A DNA stretch of 64,000 nt. Source: Clostridia bacterium (GTDB taxonomy: Bacteria > Bacillota > Clostridia > Oscillospirales > Acutalibacteraceae). A model generated the notes under the pieces. It saw only the letters and a list, made by a program, of their open reading frames with translations. It ran no database searches and was not told the DNA's origin. Each line of letters starts with the position of its first letter. Position 1 is the stretch's first letter. Below are positions 1 to 10,104 of the stretch, piece after piece. The translations under genes and the position numbers were made by a program. The DNA lies in contig JAFSEF010000053.1 in assembly GCA_017435865.1 (NCBI GenBank), positions 141,188 to 205,187 of the forward strand, in the 5' to 3' direction.

Positions 1-912
1 GCTCTTTCGGGCAGAAGTCTTGAAAATGTTGTCCGCATCAGCAAAGAACTCGGGTATCTGAATGTGCCCGATACTTTGATCGTTCCTCTTGAAAGACTCA
101 AGAATTACACGGATGATCAGATCATTCTGCTTACAACAGGCAGTCAGGGTGAACCGATGTCTGCTCTTTCAAGAATGGCAATGTCTGATCACAGACGTGT
201 TTCTGTCGGGCCGAATGATTGTATTGTTATTTCCGCAACCCCCATTCCGGGTAATGAAAAAACAGTCGGCAATATCATCAATGAGCTGATGAAGCTTGGT
301 GCCGATGTTTATTATGAAAGAAATCTTGAACTGCATGTATCCGGTCACGCTTGTCAGGAAGAACTCAAAATGATGATGAGTCTGCTCAAACCGCAGTATT
401 TTATTCCTGTTCACGGTGAGCAGAAACATCTGCGTAAGCATGCGGCACTTGCTGAAGCGGTCGGCATTGCAAGTGATCATATTGTGATTGCCGATATCGG
501 TATGACCGTTGACTTTACGGACGGAAATATGAAAATCGGCTCTCCCGTACCTGCAGGTAAAGTTCTTGTGGACGGCAGCGGAATCGGTGATGTCGGCAAC
601 ACAGTTCTGCGTGACAGAAAAAGATTGTCACAGGACGGTATTATTGTTGTTACCGCAGTGCTTGACAGTTATTCGGGCGAGTTGATTGCTCCGATTGATG
701 TGCAAAGCAAAGGTTTTGTTTACGTTAAAGAAGCAGGGGAAATTGTTGACTGCATTGCAGACATAGCAACGGCCGCAGCGGATTCTTTTGCTGATTCTTA
801 CGCAATGGATATCAATGCCTTCAAAGCAAAATTAAGGGATAATGTATCCCGCACCGTTTACGAAAAAACAAAAAGAAGTCCCGTCATTATTCCTGTTGTA
901 ATGATGGTTTGA
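1..912 (+). CDS. rnj: Ribonuclease J, C-terminal part (5' end lies upstream of the window)
   Basis: Frame 1 is open from base 1 into the 64..912 ORF. Beta-CASP/RNase J-type motifs are present (LLTTGSQGEPMSALSRMA, HVSGHACQEEL, FIPVHGE). Confidence 0.85.
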   Translation, partial: ALSGRSLENVVRISKELGYLNVPDTLIVPLERLKNYTDDQIILLTTGSQGEPMSALSRMAMSDHRRVSVGPNDCIVISATPIPGNEKTVGNIINELMKLGADVYYERNLELHVSGHACQEELKMMMSLLKPQYFIPVHGEQKHLRKHAALAEAVGIASDHIVIADIGMTVDFTDGNMKIGSPVPAGKVLVDGSGIGDVGNTVLRDRKRLSQDGIIVVTAVLDSYSGELIAPIDVQSKGFVYVKEAGEIVDCIADIATAAADSFADSYAMDINAFKAKLRDNVSRTVYEKTKRSPVIIPVVMMV

Positions 913-922
913 GGTGATTTGA

Positions 923-2902
923 TTGGTACTCAAAGGGACAATTAAATCAAATGCCGTAACAATCGCTGCACTGTTTTTAGCAGCGGTTGCTGCGGGCGTT
1001 ACCGTTTTTTACGAGCCTGTACTTGCATGCATTGAACTTGCTGTTATAGTGATTCTCGCATCGGTCGGTTGTTTCCGCATTTTAAGTCAATTCAACCGTC
1101 TGAAAGGCAATGTCACTTTGCTCAATCAGACATTACAAGTCGGGGATGAGGCGAATTCTGCCAATGAGTTTCCGCTTTCACTTGCCCTTTGTAATGCAAA
1201 AGGTGAGATTGTGTGGTATAACTCTTTGTTTGATGAAAATGTTATTCAGATCTGCGATTTTGAATACATGCAGATGAATGAATGTATGGATTTTGAACAG
1301 ATCTGCAATGCCGAAAAGAATGCTTTTACGGAAGCAGATATTCACGGCCATTATTTCAGCGTATGGTCTGCAAAACTGCAGGATGATCTGTTTGCCCTTT
1401 ATTTTGTGGAAGATACCAATCTCAAAAACTTCAGAAATGCATATCTGAAAACTCGACCTGCCGTATTGCTGATCAATATTGATTCTCTTGAGAATACAGA
1501 AGATACATATTCTCACATTGATTATTCTGCAATCAGTTCTGATATTGACAGACTGATTTCTTCATGGCTCGGAAAATACAACTGTGTTTTCAGACGTTAT
1601 TCCGACGGAAGATATTTCGTGTTGACAGAATATGAAAATCTTGACAAAATGATTGCAGCCCGTTTTGATCTGCTGGATGTTGTCAGAAATTACAGATATG
1701 AAGGAAATGATTCTTCCATCACCTTATCAGTCGGTATCGGTCGTGAAGAATCGTTCAGAGCTTGCGAAAGAAGTGCACGTTCCGCACTTGACATGGCACG
1801 CGGCCGCGGTGGTGACCAGGTTGCAATTAAAATCGGAGATAATTACGAATTCTTCGGTGGCCTGAGTGCAAAAAAAGACAAACGCGGAAAGGTCAAATCC
1901 CGCAGTGTTGCAGCAGCTTTAAGTGAAATTATTGAAAAATCCGACAACTGTATTATTATGGGACATGCTGCTTCCGATTTCGATTGTATCGGTGCAGCCG
2001 TCGGTATTGCAGCACTTTGCAGTTCTTTGAATGTTCCGTCGAATATCGTACTCAACCGGAATACAACACTTGCTATGCAGCAGGTTGAAAATTGCGAAAA
2101 GAACGGAATGCTCGGTGCATTCATTTCACCTGAAGAGGCAGTGACCAAAGTCAGTGACAACACATTGCTTGTTATTACCGATATTTTACGTGCTTCCAAT
2201 GTGGATGCACCTGCTCTGTTGGACAAGACAAAGAATGTTGTGCTTATAGACCATCATCGTATGGCAGTCGACAGAATTGCAAATCCCACTTTGTTGTTCC
2301 ATGAACCTTTTGCATCCTCTGCCTGCGAAATGGTAACAGAGTTGATTCAATATGCACCTTCAAAGCCGAAGTTGTCTACCGCACAGGCGGAAGCATTGAT
2401 GGCAGGTATCATTCTTGACACCAAGAATTTCTCATTCCGTGTCGGCGTGAGAACGTTTGAAGCAGCTGCATTCCTGCGTGATCGGAAAACCGATACTGTC
2501 CGAGTCAAAAAGATGTTTGCCTATTCTGAAGAAGAAAATCTGCTTGTCAACAGGATTGTACAGTCTGCAAAAATTCACAACACCTGTGCAATTGCATACA
2601 CGGATATTCAGAACGAATCCATCCGAAAGCTCAGTTCACAGGCAGCTGATAATATGCTTGATATAAAGGGTGTTGATGCTTCTTTTGTTGCGTACCGGCA
2701 GAATGATGCGATTGGTATTTCTGCAAGATCACTCGGTTATGTCAATGTGCAGTTGATTATGGAAACACTCGGTGGCGGTGGTCATCAGAGCATGGCAGGT
2801 GCACAGCTGCGTGATAAAACACCACAGGAAGCCATGCAGATGCTGGCTGATGCCATTCAACAATATTTTAATACAAACGGAAGTATAAATAAGGAGGAAT
2901 AA
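923..2902 (+). CDS. gdpP: GdpP/YybT-type cyclic-di-AMP phosphodiesterase (2 TM helices, PAS-like and degenerate GGDEF regions, DHH/DHHA1)
   Basis: Two N-terminal hydrophobic helices. DHH motifs GHAASDFDCIG and LIDHHR, plus DHHA1 motif GGGGHQSMAG. Conserved Firmicute position immediately upstream of rplI-dnaB. TTG start. Confidence 0.85.
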   Translation: MVLKGTIKSNAVTIAALFLAAVAAGVTVFYEPVLACIELAVIVILASVGCFRILSQFNRLKGNVTLLNQTLQVGDEANSANEFPLSLALCNAKGEIVWYNSLFDENVIQICDFEYMQMNECMDFEQICNAEKNAFTEADIHGHYFSVWSAKLQDDLFALYFVEDTNLKNFRNAYLKTRPAVLLINIDSLENTEDTYSHIDYSAISSDIDRLISSWLGKYNCVFRRYSDGRYFVLTEYENLDKMIAARFDLLDVVRNYRYEGNDSSITLSVGIGREESFRACERSARSALDMARGRGGDQVAIKIGDNYEFFGGLSAKKDKRGKVKSRSVAAALSEIIEKSDNCIIMGHAASDFDCIGAAVGIAALCSSLNVPSNIVLNRNTTLAMQQVENCEKNGMLGAFISPEEAVTKVSDNTLLVITDILRASNVDAPALLDKTKNVVLIDHHRMAVDRIANPTLLFHEPFASSACEMVTELIQYAPSKPKLSTAQAEALMAGIILDTKNFSFRVGVRTFEAAAFLRDRKTDTVRVKKMFAYSEEENLLVNRIVQSAKIHNTCAIAYTDIQNESIRKLSSQAADNMLDIKGVDASFVAYRQNDAIGISARSLGYVNVQLIMETLGGGGHQSMAGAQLRDKTPQEAMQMLADAIQQYFNTNGSINKEE

Positions 2903-2904
2903 TC

Positions 2905-3345
2905 ATGAAAGTTGTTCTTACACAGGATATTAAAGATCTCGGTAAAAAAGGGGAGCTTGTCAATGTTGCTGACGGCTACGGTAAGAATTATCTCATCCCC
3001 AGAAAACTTGCTGTCCTTGCAGACAATGCTGCTATGAGCGAACTGAAAAACAGAGAATCCGCAAAGCAGCATCACATCGCAATGGAAAAGAAAAAAGCAA
3101 CGGAAGACGCTGCTGTTCTTGAAGGAAAGACAATCAAAATTGCTGCCAATGCAGGTCAGAACGGCAAGTTGTTCGGATCTGTTACTTCAAAAGAAATCGC
3201 TGAACGCATTGCAAAGGATTTCTCCATTGAAGTTGACAAAAAGAAGATCGTTTGTGATGATATCCGTTCTTACGGTCAGTACACTTGTGTTGTAAAACTT
3301 TATCAGGGAATTTCCGCAACACTCTACATTGTTGTCGGTGAATAA
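2905..3345 (+). CDS. rplI: 50S ribosomal protein L9
   Basis: MKVVLTQDIKDLGKKGELVNVADGYGKNYLIPRKLAV is the canonical L9 N-terminus. AGGAGG lies upstream. Confidence 0.95.
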   Translation: MKVVLTQDIKDLGKKGELVNVADGYGKNYLIPRKLAVLADNAAMSELKNRESAKQHHIAMEKKKATEDAAVLEGKTIKIAANAGQNGKLFGSVTSKEIAERIAKDFSIEVDKKKIVCDDIRSYGQYTCVVKLYQGISATLYIVVGE

Positions 3346-3358
3346 TTGAGGTGTCGCT

Positions 3359-4729
3359 TTGAACAGTTTCGGTTCGGCAATGACAACTGAAAAGAGCCTT
3401 CCTTACAGCCTGGAATCCGAACAGGCTGTATTGGGCTGTATTCTGATAGATCCTTCCGTACTCGGTAAGGTTTCTTTGTTGATCAAGCCTGATTATTTTT
3501 ATCTTCCGCAGCACAAATCCATTTTTATGGCAATGCTTGAACTGGATGCTGCTGGCAACGGAAAAATTGATGCTCTGTTGGTGCTGGAGCTGCTGAAAAG
3601 TCAGCATGTTTTCGGCGATGATGACGGTAAAGCTTATCTTGTACAACTTGCCGAATTTGTGCCGACACTTGAAAACCTTGAATCCTATTGCAAGATTATC
3701 AAAGACAAGTTTTATATCCGCACGCTGATTAATGTCTCAAATGATATCATCAGCATGGCATATGATAATCAGGATGAAGCCGAAAAAGTGCTCGATTCCG
3801 CGGAACAACGCATCTATGATATCCGGCAGGGAAAAGCAGTTGCAGGTCCTGCTAAAATCGGTGATGTTATTTCCCTTGTTTATGAACATCTCTATAAATT
3901 GAATTCAGAAGACAAGGAACAGTTCAAAGGCCTGCCGACAGGTTTCCCCGATTTTGATAAAATGGTTACAGGACTGAACCGTTCCGACCTTGTTCTGATC
4001 GGTGCACGTCCCGCCATGGGTAAAACAAGTTTCGCCCTGAATCTTGCTCGTAATGTTGCAGTAAAAACAAAGAAAAAGGTCTTGTTTTTCTCTCTCGAAA
4101 TGTCCAAAGAGCAGCTTGCACAGCGTGTTATTTCTACAGAAGCAAGAATTCCCAGTCAGAAAATGCGAACAGGTGATCTGACCCCGCAGGAATGGGAAAA
4201 TCTTTCAGGTGCTGCTGTATTCCTGGCGGACACACAGTTGTATTTTGACGATACCGCCAACATCACGGTTCCTGAAATGAAAGCCCGTATACGTCAGCTG
4301 AAAAATGTTGAGTGTGTCTTTATTGATTACCTGCAGCTCATGCAGGGTTCCAAAAAGACAGAAAACCGTGTACAGGAAGTATCTGAAATCACACGAAGCC
4401 TGAAACTGATGGCAAAGGATCTGAACATCCCTGTTGTCGTTTGTGCACAGCTGTCGCGTGGTACGGAAGGCAGAGGGCATTCACATAAACCGCAGCTTGC
4501 GGACTTGCGTGAATCAGGTTCTATTGAGCAGGATGCAGACATTGTTGTCATGCTCTACCGCGAAGATTATTATAAAGATGAAAAAGACAATCCGGATGAT
4601 GTGGTTGTCAATACTGCCGAGTTGTTGGTGCAGAAAAACAGACACGGTCCGACCGGTAGTATAAAAATGGCATGGAATCCGAAGTTTACATTGTATACTT
4701 GTGTTGAACCGAAACGCGATGAAGAATAA
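3359..4729 (+). CDS. dnaB: Replicative DNA helicase (DnaB family)
   Basis: N-terminal ESEQAVLGCIL motif, Walker A GARPAMGKTSF, Walker B-like FIDYLQLM, and SGSIEQDADIV. The TTG start at 3359 after GAGGTG is uncertain; ATG at 3380 is an alternative. Confidence 0.92.
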   Translation: MNSFGSAMTTEKSLPYSLESEQAVLGCILIDPSVLGKVSLLIKPDYFYLPQHKSIFMAMLELDAAGNGKIDALLVLELLKSQHVFGDDDGKAYLVQLAEFVPTLENLESYCKIIKDKFYIRTLINVSNDIISMAYDNQDEAEKVLDSAEQRIYDIRQGKAVAGPAKIGDVISLVYEHLYKLNSEDKEQFKGLPTGFPDFDKMVTGLNRSDLVLIGARPAMGKTSFALNLARNVAVKTKKKVLFFSLEMSKEQLAQRVISTEARIPSQKMRTGDLTPQEWENLSGAAVFLADTQLYFDDTANITVPEMKARIRQLKNVECVFIDYLQLMQGSKKTENRVQEVSEITRSLKLMAKDLNIPVVVCAQLSRGTEGRGHSHKPQLADLRESGSIEQDADIVVMLYREDYYKDEKDNPDDVVVNTAELLVQKNRHGPTGSIKMAWNPKFTLYTCVEPKRDEE

Positions 4730-6053
4730 AGTACTTGCTGCCGTTGAGCAATATAATATGCTCAACAAAGGGGATACTGTTGTTGTCGGTGTGTCAGGCG
4801 GCGGTGATTCAATGGCATTGCTGCATTTGCTGACTTCAGTAGCTGATACGTATGAATTGCAAGTGATTGCAGCACATTTCAATCACGGTATACGTGGTCA
4901 GCAGGCCGATGAGGATGAACAGTTTGTTGCAGCGTTTTGTAAAGAGAACGGTATTGCATTTGTCAGAGGTTACTGTGATATTCCGGCCAGAGCAAAGCAA
5001 TTGCAGATCGGTCTCGAAGAATGCGGAAGAATGGAACGCTATGCTTTTTTGCATCAAGTTGCAAATGGAGCAAAAATTGCAACCGCACACACACTGAGCG
5101 ATTCTGCTGAAAGTTTTTTGCTCAATTTCACAAGAGGCACGGGTTTGAACGGGTTGTGCGGTATTCCGCCTGTTCGTGACAACATCATCCGTCCGCTGAT
5201 TTTCTGTACAACACAGGATGTCCGCAGCTATAATGAAGCAAACGGAATTGCATGGAGAGAAGATGCAAGCAATGCAGATCTTTTATATGCACGCAACCGT
5301 ATCCGCCATTGTGTGACGCCTTCTTTGAAAATGCTCAATGAAGCATATGAAAGCAATGCAATGCGGTGTATGCAGTTGTTGCAGGAAGACAGTTTGTATC
5401 TCAATGAACTTGCCGAACAAGCATTTGCCGATTGCAGACAAGACGGCAACAAGCTTTCACTTGACAAACTTGCATCGTATCCGCAAGCGATTTCTTCAAG
5501 GGTGCTGATGCTTTTTGCAGCATCTTTGTCCTGTGAAAATATTTCATACAGACAAATTGCATTCTTAAGGAATTTACAAGAAAATGAATGTATAACATTG
5601 TATGGCAAAAAAGTGATACAACGAAAAGCGAATCGTTTACAGCTGTATGAACCGGCGATTCCGGATGCCGATGTTTCTGTTTGTGTAACAGCTGAACAAA
5701 CGCTGTATCCTTTTTTTGATGATATAGTTGCAATCAAAACAATCCCTTACCATCCTGCTGCTGTTATTGATTATAAAAACACTGCTGATGCCGATAAAAT
5801 CGGTAATATGGTTTTAAGAAATCGCAGAGCAGGGGATGCACTGCGTATTCAGAAGAGAAATTGTACAAAAAGCTTTAAGAATCTGTGCAATGAAAATGCC
5901 GTTTCTGTGTCGGATCGCTCCCGTTTGCCGATTGCAGCAGATGAACACGGTGTGATCTGGATTGCAGGCTTTGGTGTTGACGCAAGTCGTTTACCCGATA
6001 AACATACAAAAAACATTCTTGTTTTTGAATGGAGGAAGAATTATGTTGAATGA
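4719..6053 (+). CDS. tilS: tRNA(Ile)-lysidine synthase
   Basis: PP-loop motif VGVSGGGDSMAL. The ATG at 4719 overlaps the dnaB stop. tilS-hpt-ftsH synteny is conserved. Confidence 0.88.
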   Translation: MKNKVLAAVEQYNMLNKGDTVVVGVSGGGDSMALLHLLTSVADTYELQVIAAHFNHGIRGQQADEDEQFVAAFCKENGIAFVRGYCDIPARAKQLQIGLEECGRMERYAFLHQVANGAKIATAHTLSDSAESFLLNFTRGTGLNGLCGIPPVRDNIIRPLIFCTTQDVRSYNEANGIAWREDASNADLLYARNRIRHCVTPSLKMLNEAYESNAMRCMQLLQEDSLYLNELAEQAFADCRQDGNKLSLDKLASYPQAISSRVLMLFAASLSCENISYRQIAFLRNLQENECITLYGKKVIQRKANRLQLYEPAIPDADVSVCVTAEQTLYPFFDDIVAIKTIPYHPAAVIDYKNTADADKIGNMVLRNRRAGDALRIQKRNCTKSFKNLCNENAVSVSDRSRLPIAADEHGVIWIAGFGVDASRLPDKHTKNILVFEWRKNYVE

Positions 6054-6579
6054 TATCGAAAAGATCTTTTACTCGCAGGAACAATTGCAGGCAAAGGTTG
6101 AAGAACTCGGTAAAAAGATCAGTGAAGATTATAAGGACAAGAATCTGATGCTCGTCAGTGTTCTCAAAGGATCTGTCGTTTTTATGGCTGATATTATGCG
6201 TGCAATCACCGTGCCTTGTGAAATTGATTTTATGGCAGTTTCAAGCTACGGTAACAAGACAAATTCAAGCGGCACCGTCCGTATTATCAAAGACCTTGAT
6301 CGTGATATCGAAGGGTATGATTTGCTGATTGTTGAAGATATTCTTGACAGCGGCAAAACCCTCAGTTATATCAAAGAAATCCTGATGGCAAGAAAACCGC
6401 GCTCCATTCGTGTCTGCACTTTGCTTGATAAGCCTGACAGAAGAAATTCCGAAATCGTTGCCGATTACAGCGGTTTTGAAGTGCCCAATGAATTTGTTGT
6501 CGGTTATGGCCTCGATTTTGCACAGAAATACAGAAATCTGCCTTTTATTGGTGTTCTGAAGGAAGAAATCTATAAATAA
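6043..6579 (+). CDS. hpt: Hypoxanthine phosphoribosyltransferase
   Basis: PRPP-binding motif [20 protein letters not shown] sits 6 nt upstream of ATG 6043; the track start at 5962 lies inside tilS. Confidence 0.9.
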   Translation: MLNDIEKIFYSQEQLQAKVEELGKKISEDYKDKNLMLVSVLKGSVVFMADIMRAITVPCEIDFMAVSSYGNKTNSSGTVRIIKDLDRDIEGYDLLIVEDILDSGKTLSYIKEILMARKPRSIRVCTLLDKPDRRNSEIVADYSGFEVPNEFVVGYGLDFAQKYRNLPFIGVLKEEIYK

Positions 6580-6589
6580 TTTTTTCGGA

Positions 6590-8524
6590 GTGAATGTTAC
6601 ATTGAAGAGAAACAAAATTCTGCAGTTTTTGCCTTTGCTGTTGATTGCGGCGACTCTGGTTACATCTTTTGTTTTCTTTAACATGGATGAATCGGAACGT
6701 AAGAAACCGACTTATTATGAAATTGTCGATATGTTCCGTAAAGATGCCATCGCTTCATATGAACTCAACTGCAGCAACGGAAAACTGCAATACGCTACAA
6801 GAGAAGATCCCGAAACCGTGCACGTATATTCTGTGCCGAGTGTCAACTTGTTCATTGAAGACGTACACAAATATGTTATTGACTACAATGAAAACAACGG
6901 GGAAGCAGAAGACATAAAATATGATTATCTGCCGGGCAGCTCCGGTGAATGGATCACCAGTCTTTTGCCCATCATTGTCCTGCTCGGCTCCACGGTTATT
7001 CTGGTTGTATTTGTCACCAAGAAAATGAACCAGAGCATGATGAGTGAAGCAAACAGAACCCTCAGCTTCGGAAAAGCCCGTATCAAAAAACTTGGTGACG
7101 ATAAAAAGAAAACTACATTTGATGACGTGGCAGGTGTTGACGAAGAAAAAGAAGAGCTTGCTGAAATCGTAGATTTTCTGAAAGATCCAGTAAAATACAG
7201 CGATCTTGGTGCTCGTATACCGAAAGGTGTTTTGCTTGTCGGCCCTCCCGGTACCGGTAAGACCTTGCTGGCTCGTGCTGTTGCAGGGGAAGCCAATGTT
7301 CCGTTTTTGTCCATTTCAGGTTCCGATTTCCTCGAAATGTATGTCGGTGTCGGTGCATCACGTGTTCGCGATTTGTTTGAACAGGCAAAAAAGAATTCCC
7401 CTTCCATTATTTTCATAGACGAAATTGATGCCGTCGGCAGACACAGAGGTGCCGGTATGGGCGGCGGTCACGATGAAAGAGAACAGACTCTTAATCAGAT
7501 GCTTGTTGAAATGGATGGCTTTGTTACCAATTCCGGTGTTATTGTGATTGCAGCCACAAACCGTCCTGACATTCTTGACCCTGCATTGCTGCGTCCCGGT
7601 CGATTTGACAGACAGATTACGGTTGGGTATCCCGATCTCAAGGGCAGACTTGCCATTCTTAAGGTGCACGCAAGGAATAAATCCATTGCAGCTGATGTCG
7701 ATCTGAATGATATTGCCCGTTCTACTGTTGGTTTTACAGGTGCTGATCTTGAAAATCTTCTCAATGAAGCGGCTCTTCTTGCTGCACGTCGCAATCTGAA
7801 AGCCATTACAATGGCAGAGATTGATGAAGCCACATTGAAAGTCATTGTCGGTACGGAAAAGAAATCCCATAAGGTTTCTGAAGATGAAAAGAAACTCACT
7901 GCCTTCCACGAAGCAGGTCATGCACTTGCAACCTACTATCTTGAGGGACAGGATCCCGTACAACAGGTATCCATCATTCCCCGCGGTATGGCAGGCGGCT
8001 TCACGATTTCCCGTCCCCTGGAAGACAAATCTTATAATTCCAAGAAAAAGATGGAACAGCAGATTGTCATTCTTCTCGGTGGTCGTGTCGCAGAAGCTTT
8101 GGTGCTTAAGGATATTTCCACCGGTGCATCCAACGATATCGAACGTGCCTCCGAAATTGCCCGTAAGATGGTTACCAAATACGGTATGAGTGAAAAGCTC
8201 GGTCCGATTGCTTTCGGTACGGGACATGACGAAGTGTTCCTCGGTAAGGACTACGGAACTGTCCGCAATTATTCCGAAACGATTGCTGCCGTGATCGATG
8301 AAGAAGTCAACGGCATCATTACGAACGGTTATACCGAATGCGAAAATATTCTCAAAGAACATGACGACAAGCTGCATGAGCTTGCAGAATATCTTATGCG
8401 TAATGAAAAGATTGATGGTGCAAGCTTTGAAAAGATGATGCAGGGATTGCCGTATGAAGACGTCAGCCTTGACGAAAAGACAGAAGTTGCTGTCGTCGAA
8501 GATGACCCTGAAAAAACAATTTGA
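6590..8524 (+). CDS. ftsH: ATP-dependent zinc metalloprotease FtsH
   Basis: Two TM segments, AAA Walker [12 protein letters not shown], Walker [13 protein letters not shown] region, and HEAGH zinc motif. The GTG start is uncertain. Confidence 0.95.
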   Translation: MNVTLKRNKILQFLPLLLIAATLVTSFVFFNMDESERKKPTYYEIVDMFRKDAIASYELNCSNGKLQYATREDPETVHVYSVPSVNLFIEDVHKYVIDYNENNGEAEDIKYDYLPGSSGEWITSLLPIIVLLGSTVILVVFVTKKMNQSMMSEANRTLSFGKARIKKLGDDKKKTTFDDVAGVDEEKEELAEIVDFLKDPVKYSDLGARIPKGVLLVGPPGTGKTLLARAVAGEANVPFLSISGSDFLEMYVGVGASRVRDLFEQAKKNSPSIIFIDEIDAVGRHRGAGMGGGHDEREQTLNQMLVEMDGFVTNSGVIVIAATNRPDILDPALLRPGRFDRQITVGYPDLKGRLAILKVHARNKSIAADVDLNDIARSTVGFTGADLENLLNEAALLAARRNLKAITMAEIDEATLKVIVGTEKKSHKVSEDEKKLTAFHEAGHALATYYLEGQDPVQQVSIIPRGMAGGFTISRPLEDKSYNSKKKMEQQIVILLGGRVAEALVLKDISTGASNDIERASEIARKMVTKYGMSEKLGPIAFGTGHDEVFLGKDYGTVRNYSETIAAVIDEEVNGIITNGYTECENILKEHDDKLHELAEYLMRNEKIDGASFEKMMQGLPYEDVSLDEKTEVAVVEDDPEKTI

Positions 8525-8541
8525 ATCTTCAAGGAGTAGCA

Positions 8542-9246
8542 ATGATGAAAAAAACAGCAATTGTTCTGGCTATGATTATGTTATTTGCGGCTTTGTTCGC
8601 AGGTTGTTCCGGTACGGATTCTGTCACAGACGGAAATGCTTCCGATAATATTAACAGTGAAAAAGGAGATAGCAATATGCTTGAAAAGTACAAAGAAACA
8701 GGTCACCCCATTGCAGTGATCGAAATGGAAGACGGCGGAAAGATTATTGTCGAGCTTTATGATGATATTGCTCCGAATACCGTTCATAACTTTATTTCTC
8801 TCGCAAATAAAGGCTTCTATGACGGTACAATTTTCCATCGTGTCATTCAGGGATTTATGATTCAGGGCGGTGACCCGCTCGGCAACGGTACCGGCGGCCC
8901 CAGTTACTGCATCCCCGGTGAATTCAAAAACAATAATTTTGACAATACCATTTCACACACCAGAGGCACCATTTCCATGGGCAGACGCGGTAGCCAGTTT
9001 GCTGACTATATGTATTACGATACAGCAGGATGCCAGTTCTTTATCTGTGATGCTGACTCCACTTTCCTGGACGGCAACTATGCTTCTTTCGGTCGTGTGT
9101 TGGAAGGCATGGATGTTGTTGATGCGATCGCTGCAACAGCAAAGAATTCGTCTGACAAACCTCTGAAAGATCAGGTCATGAAGAAGGTTTATGTTGAAAC
9201 CTTCGGCAAAACATATGAAGAACCCGTAACACTGGCTGAAAAATAA
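8542..9246 (+). CDS. Cyclophilin-type peptidyl-prolyl cis-trans isomerase, lipoprotein
   Basis: Signal peptide with lipobox LFAGC. Cyclophilin motifs FHRVIQGFMIQGGDP and GCQFFI. AGGAG precedes ATG 8542. Confidence 0.88.
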   Translation: MMKKTAIVLAMIMLFAALFAGCSGTDSVTDGNASDNINSEKGDSNMLEKYKETGHPIAVIEMEDGGKIIVELYDDIAPNTVHNFISLANKGFYDGTIFHRVIQGFMIQGGDPLGNGTGGPSYCIPGEFKNNNFDNTISHTRGTISMGRRGSQFADYMYYDTAGCQFFICDADSTFLDGNYASFGRVLEGMDVVDAIAATAKNSSDKPLKDQVMKKVYVETFGKTYEEPVTLAEK

Positions 9247-9253
9247 AAATTTC

Positions 9254-9282
9254 TTGCTTTTTGGCAAGGAATGTATTATAAT
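9254..9282 (+). promoter_or_regulatory. Sigma-70-type promoter (TTGCTT-17 nt-TATAAT) for the small ORF
   Basis: TTGCTT at 9254-9259, a 17-nt spacer, and TATAAT at 9277-9282. Confidence 0.55.
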
Positions 9283-9314
9283 AAAACCGTACAAAAATAT
9301 AGGAGGATATTCAA

Positions 9315-9464
9315 ATGGGTGCTATACTTTGGATAGGCAAAATGTTTGCAAAACTTGCAATCCTTTTTGCAAAATTTGATTCACTGGGCCTCTTTGATGC
9401 ACTTGCAATGCTTTTCGGTGCAGTCAATGAAAACGAAGAAGAAACCACAACTCCCGCTGAATAA
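9315..9464 (+). CDS. Unannotated small protein, 49 aa (MGAILWIGKMFAKLAILFAKFDSLGLFDALAMLFGAVNENEEETTTPAE)
   Basis: AGGAGG at 9301-9306 lies 8 nt before ATG 9315. The ORF has its own promoter and terminator. It falls below the 60-aa cutoff of the ORF track. Confidence 0.55.
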   Translation: MGAILWIGKMFAKLAILFAKFDSLGLFDALAMLFGAVNENEEETTTPAE

Positions 9465-9493
9465 GAAACAAATCCTTACTTATTTTGCAATTA

Positions 9494-9526
9494 TTGCCGC
9501 TGAAAAACAACTCAGCGGTAATTTTT
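9494..9526 (+). terminator. Rho-independent terminator after the small ORF
   Basis: Stem ttgCCGCTGA / TCAGCGGtaa (about 10 bp, 8-nt loop) followed by TTTTT. Confidence 0.65.
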
Positions 9527-9547
9527 ATTTCCAAGGAGGCTGAAACA

Positions 9548-10018
9548 ATGACTGCACAGTGGGTTATACAACGTGCTTATGATATTCTTGACAGTGCACA
9601 ACCCGTACCGTTCGATTGCGGCAGGTTGTGTGACAAAAAGTGCTGCAAGGGAAGTGAACAGGACGGAATGCTGTTATTTCCCGGTGAAGAAAAATTATTT
9701 AAAGGAAAAGAAGGATTTGAAATCAGGGAAGTACCGCAAGGGAAGATGTTGCTTTGCAGCGGTGCGTGCGATCGAACACTTCGGCCCATTGCTTGTCGTA
9801 TTTTTCCGTTCTTTCCGTACGTTACACAGGAAAACGGGAATTATAAAATCAGTGTACTGAAAGATATACGGGCTTTGCATTATTGTCCTTTGCAGGATGT
9901 ATCGAAAGATTTTGAAAGAACGGTTCGTATTGCAGCAAGAAATCTCTTAAGAGATGAATCGTGTGCCGACTTTTTATTGCGACTTACCGAAGACCTGACA
10001 GATCTCGGAAATCTTTGA
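9548..10018 (+). CDS. YkgJ-family cysteine-cluster protein (CxxCxxxCC zinc/iron-chelating domain)
   Basis: CGRLCDKKCCKG and RPIACRIFPFFP motifs. GGAGG upstream of ATG 9548. Confidence 0.7.
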   Translation: MTAQWVIQRAYDILDSAQPVPFDCGRLCDKKCCKGSEQDGMLLFPGEEKLFKGKEGFEIREVPQGKMLLCSGACDRTLRPIACRIFPFFPYVTQENGNYKISVLKDIRALHYCPLQDVSKDFERTVRIAARNLLRDESCADFLLRLTEDLTDLGNL

Positions 10019-10044
10019 TTTTTATAAATTTTTAATATTTGGTG

Positions 10045-10073
10045 TTGCTTTTTAGTGATAATTTTTGTATAAT
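10045..10073 (+). promoter_or_regulatory. Sigma-70-type promoter with extended -10 (TTGCTT-17-TGTATAAT)
   Basis: TTGCTT at 10045-10050; TG at 10066-10067; TATAAT at 10068-10073. Confidence 0.55.
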
Positions 10074-10104
10074 ATTATAAATAATTTAAAGAGGTAGATT
10101 GCTG

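Noticed and set aside
7358-8560. 400-aa minus-strand ORF, plus the nested 163-, 134- and 91-aa ORFs, opposite ftsH.
   Set aside because: They are antisense shadows of a highly conserved gene. The FtsH motifs are unambiguous on the plus strand.
9346-9543. 65-aa ORF listed in the track between the cyclophilin and YkgJ-like genes.
   Set aside because: It has no RBS and runs through the terminator hairpin at 9494-9526. The 49-codon ORF in another frame (9315-9464), which has a perfect AGGAGG, is the better candidate.
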